DNA of 32,000 nt from Pasteurella multocida (GTDB taxonomy: Bacteria; Pseudomonadota; Gammaproteobacteria; Enterobacterales; Pasteurellaceae): positions 840,001-872,000 of the forward strand of contig NZ_LT906458.1 in NCBI RefSeq assembly GCF_900187275.1, in the 5' to 3' direction. The notes beneath the pieces are model-generated. The model worked only from the letters and a program-made list of their open reading frames with translations. It ran no database searches and had not been told where the DNA came from. This document shows, piece by piece, positions 27,525-32,000 of the stretch. Made by a program: the position numbers and the translations under genes. Position 1 is the stretch's first letter; every line of letters starts with the position of its first letter.

Positions 27525-28950
27525 CCTGTTTAAAATCATAAAAAAGTATGTGCATATTCAATCTTTATTACACAAAAAAGAATATGCCTTACTTTATGCT
27601 AAATACATAAACCAGCTTTCTATCAACCAGCAGGCTTATGTTATTTGTCAACTCAAACTCTATGATCTCTTTCTGATTGATCCTAAATGGAGCCACTCTG
27701 TTTTTTTCCAGTTAGGATTAATTGCTCGTGGACACGATCATGATAGCGATGAAGTGGTACGTCGTTTGATCACTTGCACTGATTTTAGCAAAAATAAGCA
27801 GTTAATCCTTTCTCAATTACTTGCTTATTCACCTCAAATTGCAACAACATTATGTCCACAGACATATCGTTATCGTGCGCTATATCTCTCATTACTAGCG
27901 AATTTAAAAGACTTTGTTCGTTTAAAAGAAGAACTCAATAAGTTGCCGTCATGTGTGTTAAAGAATACACCTCATTACTGTTTGTTACAGAATTTTGTCG
28001 AAAAAGAAAACAGCAAGAAATTAGAGAACATTAATCAATTTCTTTACTTTTATAAACTTGGAGAAATAACTACGATAAAGACAGAAGATCCACCTAATAC
28101 TAATAATATAGTCAGTCATTCGATAGTTAATGACACAAACACCTACTTAAATGCCCCTTTAATTACCATATTAGTGACGACATTTAACAGTCAAAAAAGT
28201 ATAAAAAACACATTAAATTCATTGTTCAATCAAAGCTATCCAAATATTGAAATTATCGTTATTGATGATCATAGCCAAGATAATACGATGAGTATTCTCC
28301 AGGCTTATACTAAGCAATATAAAAATATCAAAATCATTAGCTTAAAAGAAAATGTCGGGACTTATGTCGCAAAAAATATTGGGCTTAAATACGCCTCTGG
28401 CGAATTCATCACTTGTCAAGATTCCGATGATTGGGCACACCCACAAAAATTAGCACTTCAGGTGGCTCCTTTATTACAACATAAAGAGTTAATTGTAACT
28501 TTTTCTAAGTGGGTAAGGCTCGATCCAATAGGGAATCCTTATGCCCGTACTATTTATCCATTAATGCGTTTAAACCCTTCTTCCGCATTATTCCGTAAAA
28601 AAGAAGTGTGTGAAAAAACTGCATTATGGGATTGGGTAAGAATCGGTGCAGATAGCGAATTTAATGCACGCTTAAAATTAATTTTTGGACACAAAGGCTA
28701 TTACACCGTGAATAAACCTTTGACATTCGGTGCACATCGAGAAAATTCATTAATGACAGCTCAAAGTACTGGCTATGTCAATGGCGTCTCCCTACCTCGT
28801 GAAGCATATTGGAAAGCATGGAATATCTGGCATATTTCACAATTACAGCGAGGACACGCCCCTCTTTTATCTTCCTCTCCTAAACGAGAATTTTTTCAAT
28901 ATGACCAACATCCGATCATGGATGTTATTTCTTATGCAATCATTAATTAA
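27517..28950 (+). CDS. hyaB: HyaB, GT2-family glycosyltransferase with a long N-terminal helical extension
   Basis: The ORF opens at TTG 27508; the first ATG is 27517, overlapping the hyaC stop by 8 nt. The GT2 core starts about residue 205 (ITILVTTFNSQKSI...VIDDHSQDNT...CQDSDDWAHPQK). The N-terminal roughly 200 aa has no recognised fold. Confidence 0.85.
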   Translation: MLNLFKIIKKYVHIQSLLHKKEYALLYAKYINQLSINQQAYVICQLKLYDLFLIDPKWSHSVFFQLGLIARGHDHDSDEVVRRLITCTDFSKNKQLILSQLLAYSPQIATTLCPQTYRYRALYLSLLANLKDFVRLKEELNKLPSCVLKNTPHYCLLQNFVEKENSKKLENINQFLYFYKLGEITTIKTEDPPNTNNIVSHSIVNDTNTYLNAPLITILVTTFNSQKSIKNTLNSLFNQSYPNIEIIVIDDHSQDNTMSILQAYTKQYKNIKIISLKENVGTYVAKNIGLKYASGEFITCQDSDDWAHPQKLALQVAPLLQHKELIVTFSKWVRLDPIGNPYARTIYPLMRLNPSSALFRKKEVCEKTALWDWVRIGADSEFNARLKLIFGHKGYYTVNKPLTFGAHRENSLMTAQSTGYVNGVSLPREAYWKAWNIWHISQLQRGHAPLLSSSPKREFFQYDQHPIMDVISYAIIN

Positions 28951-28968
28951 ATCTTAAGAGAGATTATT

Positions 28969-30150
28969 ATGAAACCAATAAAAACATTATCTATTTCTTT
29001 TATCACAACGCTCATCCTCGCTGGCTGTCATAGCATGCCAACTTCGGGACCCGCTCAAAATCATATTATTGGGTTAAAAAAACCACAAAATAAGAGCTTG
29101 CCAAGTGTTGATGTGATTGAAATGAATGATAAAGTAGCACACACTTTGTTTAAACAAAAGCAATCGCAATCCTTTACTCAATTCAAACAGCAAAATAGCA
29201 ACTATGCAGATATCATTAATGTTGGCGATACATTAGATGTGTTGATTTGGGAAGCCGCACCCGCTATTTTATTCGGCAGTGTTCTGTCACAAACTGGTAG
29301 TGGCGGTGCAAATCTCACGACATTACCCGAACAAATTGTTGCACGCAATGGAAAAATCACAATCCCATTTTTAGGCCCTATCTTAGTAAAAGGCAAAACA
29401 CCAGAGCAAATTCAAAGAGATATTGCTCATGCGTTATCCTCCTTAGCGAATAAACCTCAGGTGATTGTTCGTTTAAATAAAAATAACTCAAAAAATGTCA
29501 CCATTCTCCGCCAAGGCAATAGTGTCAGAATGCCATTAACATCACAAGGTGAACGTGTACTTGATGCTATTGCCGCAGTGGGCGGTGCCACAGAAAATCT
29601 ACAAGATATTTCCGTTCAACTTACACGTGGTAAAGAAGTAAAAATGCTTTCCTTAGAAAAATTAGCCACTCATCCTGAAGAAAACATTCTGCTACGTTCA
29701 AATGATGTCGTTACATTACTGAATAAACCTCTTAGTTTCACAGGATTAGGTGCCCTCGGGACAAATAAACAGGTGAAATTCTCTGCGAATGGCTTAACAC
29801 TCGCAGAAGGCATCGGAGAAATGGGTGGACTATTAGATAACCGTGCTGATCCTAAAGGGGTTTTTGTCTTCCGTTATATTCCATTTAATAAATTATCTCT
29901 CGCAGAACAAACTAAATGGAAAGCTCGTGGCTATGATAACGACATGGAGATTCCAACAGTTTATAGTGTCAATCTACTTAATCCAAACGCGTTGTTTTGG
30001 TTACAACGTTTCCCTATTCAAGATAAAGATTTAGTTTATGTATCAAATGCACCAATGGCAGAATTCCAAAAATTCTTAAAATTAGTGTTTTCTATCACCT
30101 CTCCTGTTACGGGTACACTTCATAATATTAATGTAATTAAAAATTTATAA
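28969..30150 (+). CDS. hexD: Capsule export outer-membrane lipoprotein (OPX family; BexD/CtrA/KpsD-like)
   Basis: 393 aa. Lipoprotein signal peptide with lipobox LILAGC (Cys20). Polysaccharide-export (Poly_export/SLBB-like) sequence: GDTLDVLIWEA, ITIPFLGPILVKGKTPEQ. Confidence 0.9.
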   Translation: MKPIKTLSISFITTLILAGCHSMPTSGPAQNHIIGLKKPQNKSLPSVDVIEMNDKVAHTLFKQKQSQSFTQFKQQNSNYADIINVGDTLDVLIWEAAPAILFGSVLSQTGSGGANLTTLPEQIVARNGKITIPFLGPILVKGKTPEQIQRDIAHALSSLANKPQVIVRLNKNNSKNVTILRQGNSVRMPLTSQGERVLDAIAAVGGATENLQDISVQLTRGKEVKMLSLEKLATHPEENILLRSNDVVTLLNKPLSFTGLGALGTNKQVKFSANGLTLAEGIGEMGGLLDNRADPKGVFVFRYIPFNKLSLAEQTKWKARGYDNDMEIPTVYSVNLLNPNALFWLQRFPIQDKDLVYVSNAPMAEFQKFLKLVFSITSPVTGTLHNINVIKNL

Positions 30151-30159
30151 GGATAGAGA

Positions 30160-31296
30160 ATGATCGAAACAAAAATACAAAAAAATCAATTTAAAAAATG
30201 GTCCCGAAAATTTCGAAAAATAAGTACACTCTTTAAATACATGGTAATACTTCCAACATGTTGCTCACTCTTTTATTTTAGTTTATGGGCCTCTGATATT
30301 TATATTTCTCAATCGAGTTTTGTTGTGCGCACGCCAAAAAATCAAGCCGCATTAAGTGGTGTCGGTGCCCTCTTACAAAGCTCTGGCTTTGCTCGCGCAC
30401 AAGATGATACTTATACTGTACAAGAATTCATGCGTTCACGTTCTACGCTAGAATTATTAGAAAAAAGTATCCCTATCCGCCAGTTTTATGAGGATAAAGG
30501 TGATTTATTTAGCCGCTTTAATCCTCTAAACATTTTCTCGGAACAAGAAGCGTTTTATCAATACTTTAGTAAAAAGCTTTCTGTTAATTTTGATTCAGTA
30601 TCAGGCATTGCTACGCTCAATATCCGGGCATTCGATCCGAAAGAAGCACAACAAATTAACCAAGAATTGTTAAAACAAGGTGAATATCTTATCAATCGCC
30701 TCAATGAGCGTGCGCGAAAAGATACGGTTATGTTTGCTGAACTTGCAGTCAGTGAAGCAGAAAAAAAAGTGACAGAAACTTCTTCTGCATTAAGTAAATA
30801 CCGTATTAAAAATGGGGTATTCGATTTACAGTCTCAATCAGAAGTGCAATTGTCTTTAATTTCGACATTGCAAAATGAGCTCATTACGATTCAAACACAA
30901 TTAGACCAAGTACGTTCTATTTCACCAAATAACCCTCAAGTGCAAACATTACTTGCGCGAGCAAACAGTATCCGTAAAGAAATGCAACAACAAGTACAGC
31001 AAGTGTTAGGTGGAGGAAATTCAATTGTGACACAAACTGCAGAATATCAACGTTTAGTACTGAATAATACGCTCGCTCAGCAGCAGCTAGGTACTGCAAT
31101 AACGTCATTACAGAATGCCAGATCAGAGGCAGATCGCCAACAATTGTATTTAGAAATCATTAGTTATCCTAATGAACCCGATTTGGCCTTAGAACCTTAC
31201 CGTTTATACAATATTCTTGCTACGTTATTTATTTCTTTAATTTTATATGGCATTACTCTTCTCTTATTAGCCAGCATTCGAGAGCATAAAAATTAA
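30160..31296 (+). CDS. hexC: Capsule export inner-membrane/periplasmic adaptor (PCP-3; KpsE/BexC/CtrB-like)
   Basis: 378 aa with N-terminal and C-terminal TM helices flanking a coiled-coil periplasmic domain. Sits between the OPX and ABC-permease genes. Confidence 0.9.
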   Translation: MIETKIQKNQFKKWSRKFRKISTLFKYMVILPTCCSLFYFSLWASDIYISQSSFVVRTPKNQAALSGVGALLQSSGFARAQDDTYTVQEFMRSRSTLELLEKSIPIRQFYEDKGDLFSRFNPLNIFSEQEAFYQYFSKKLSVNFDSVSGIATLNIRAFDPKEAQQINQELLKQGEYLINRLNERARKDTVMFAELAVSEAEKKVTETSSALSKYRIKNGVFDLQSQSEVQLSLISTLQNELITIQTQLDQVRSISPNNPQVQTLLARANSIRKEMQQQVQQVLGGGNSIVTQTAEYQRLVLNNTLAQQQLGTAITSLQNARSEADRQQLYLEIISYPNEPDLALEPYRLYNILATLFISLILYGITLLLLASIREHKN

Positions 31297-32000
31297 TGTT
31301 ATACGATGACCAAACTACACTAAAACACGCTTTTATCATTCAAAATAGAGTGATTGGCGCTCTCCTAATGCGAGAGATCATCACACGCTATGGCAGAAAG
31401 AACCTCGGTTTTTTATGGCTATTTGTTGAACCGCTCTTAATGACAGGGCTAATTGTGATCTTGTGGAGTACCTTCCGCGCAGATCAATTTTCTAACCTGA
31501 ATATCATGGCATTCATGATCACAGGCTACCCGTTGATGATGATGTGGCGCAATGCATCAAATAGGGCGATTGGTGCGGTTTCTGCCAATAGTACCCTACT
31601 CTATCATCGTAATGTCAGAGTGCTTGACACGTTAATTGCTAGGATGATCTTGGAAATATCCGGTGCAACCATTGCTCAAGTCGTTTTAATGAGTTTTTGT
31701 ATTGCACTGGATTGGATACCTATGCCACAGGATATTTTCTATATGCTACTTGCATGGTTTTTGATGGCGATATTTGCAATCGGATTTGGCTTTATTATTT
31801 GTTCTATATCGCATCATATTGAAGTATTCGGTAAATTGTGGGGAATACTAAGCTTTGCGATGATGCCATTATCTGGCACCTTCTTTTTTGTTTACAATCT
31901 CCCCCCACAAGCGAGAGAATATTTACTCTGGATGCCAATGATTCATGGTTCAGAAATGTTCAGACACGGGTACTTTGGTGATTCTGTTATTACACTAGAA
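31296..32000 (+). CDS. hexB: Capsule ABC-2 transporter permease (KpsM/BexB/CtrC-like), 3' end outside window
   Basis: The ATG overlaps the hexC stop (TAATG). My translation MLYDDQTTLKHAFIIQNRVIGALLMREIITRYGRKNLGFLWLFVEPLLMTG... is open to base 32000 (235 codons). Typical ABC-2 permease N-terminus and multiple TM helices. Confidence 0.88.
   Translation, partial: MLYDDQTTLKHAFIIQNRVIGALLMREIITRYGRKNLGFLWLFVEPLLMTGLIVILWSTFRADQFSNLNIMAFMITGYPLMMMWRNASNRAIGAVSANSTLLYHRNVRVLDTLIARMILEISGATIAQVVLMSFCIALDWIPMPQDIFYMLLAWFLMAIFAIGFGFIICSISHHIEVFGKLWGILSFAMMPLSGTFFFVYNLPPQAREYLLWMPMIHGSEMFRHGYFGDSVITLE

Noticed and set aside
1-32000. CRISPR arrays, IS elements, rRNA genes, additional tRNAs
   Set aside because: No spaced direct repeats, transposase-like ORFs, terminal inverted repeats or other structured RNA signatures were seen on either strand.

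Overview
This window reads as Pasteurellaceae chromosome, and gene content and protein sequences fit Pasteurella multocida serogroup A. Three blocks are visible.

(1) 1-5.1 kb, minus strand: the housekeeping initiator-tRNA / rimP / nusA / infB operon.

(2) 5.3-10.6 kb: an L-ascorbate (ula) utilisation cluster, ulaR-ulaG divergent from ulaA(B)-ulaC-ulaD. EIIC and EIIB are fused, and ulaE/ulaF are absent. It is followed by a roughly 1.9 kb AT-rich islet. The islet holds two orphan membrane-protein genes and what looks like a decayed P4-type integrase N-terminus about 200 bp downstream of ssrA (tmRNA). I read this as a degraded ssrA-targeted island.

(3) 13-32 kb: hrpA, a frameshifted DUF423 gene and a yeaL-like gene, then the complete group-2-like hyaluronan capsule locus phyB-phyA / hyaE-hyaD-hyaC-hyaB / hexD-hexC-hexB. 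hexB is cut by the window edge and hexA lies beyond it.

No CRISPR array, IS element or rRNA was seen. I cannot point to a complete novel system. The least-explained parts are the ssrA islet cargo and the uncharacterised capsule accessory proteins HyaE and HyaB. All identifications come from my reading of the translated ORFs and the raw sequence; no database search was run.
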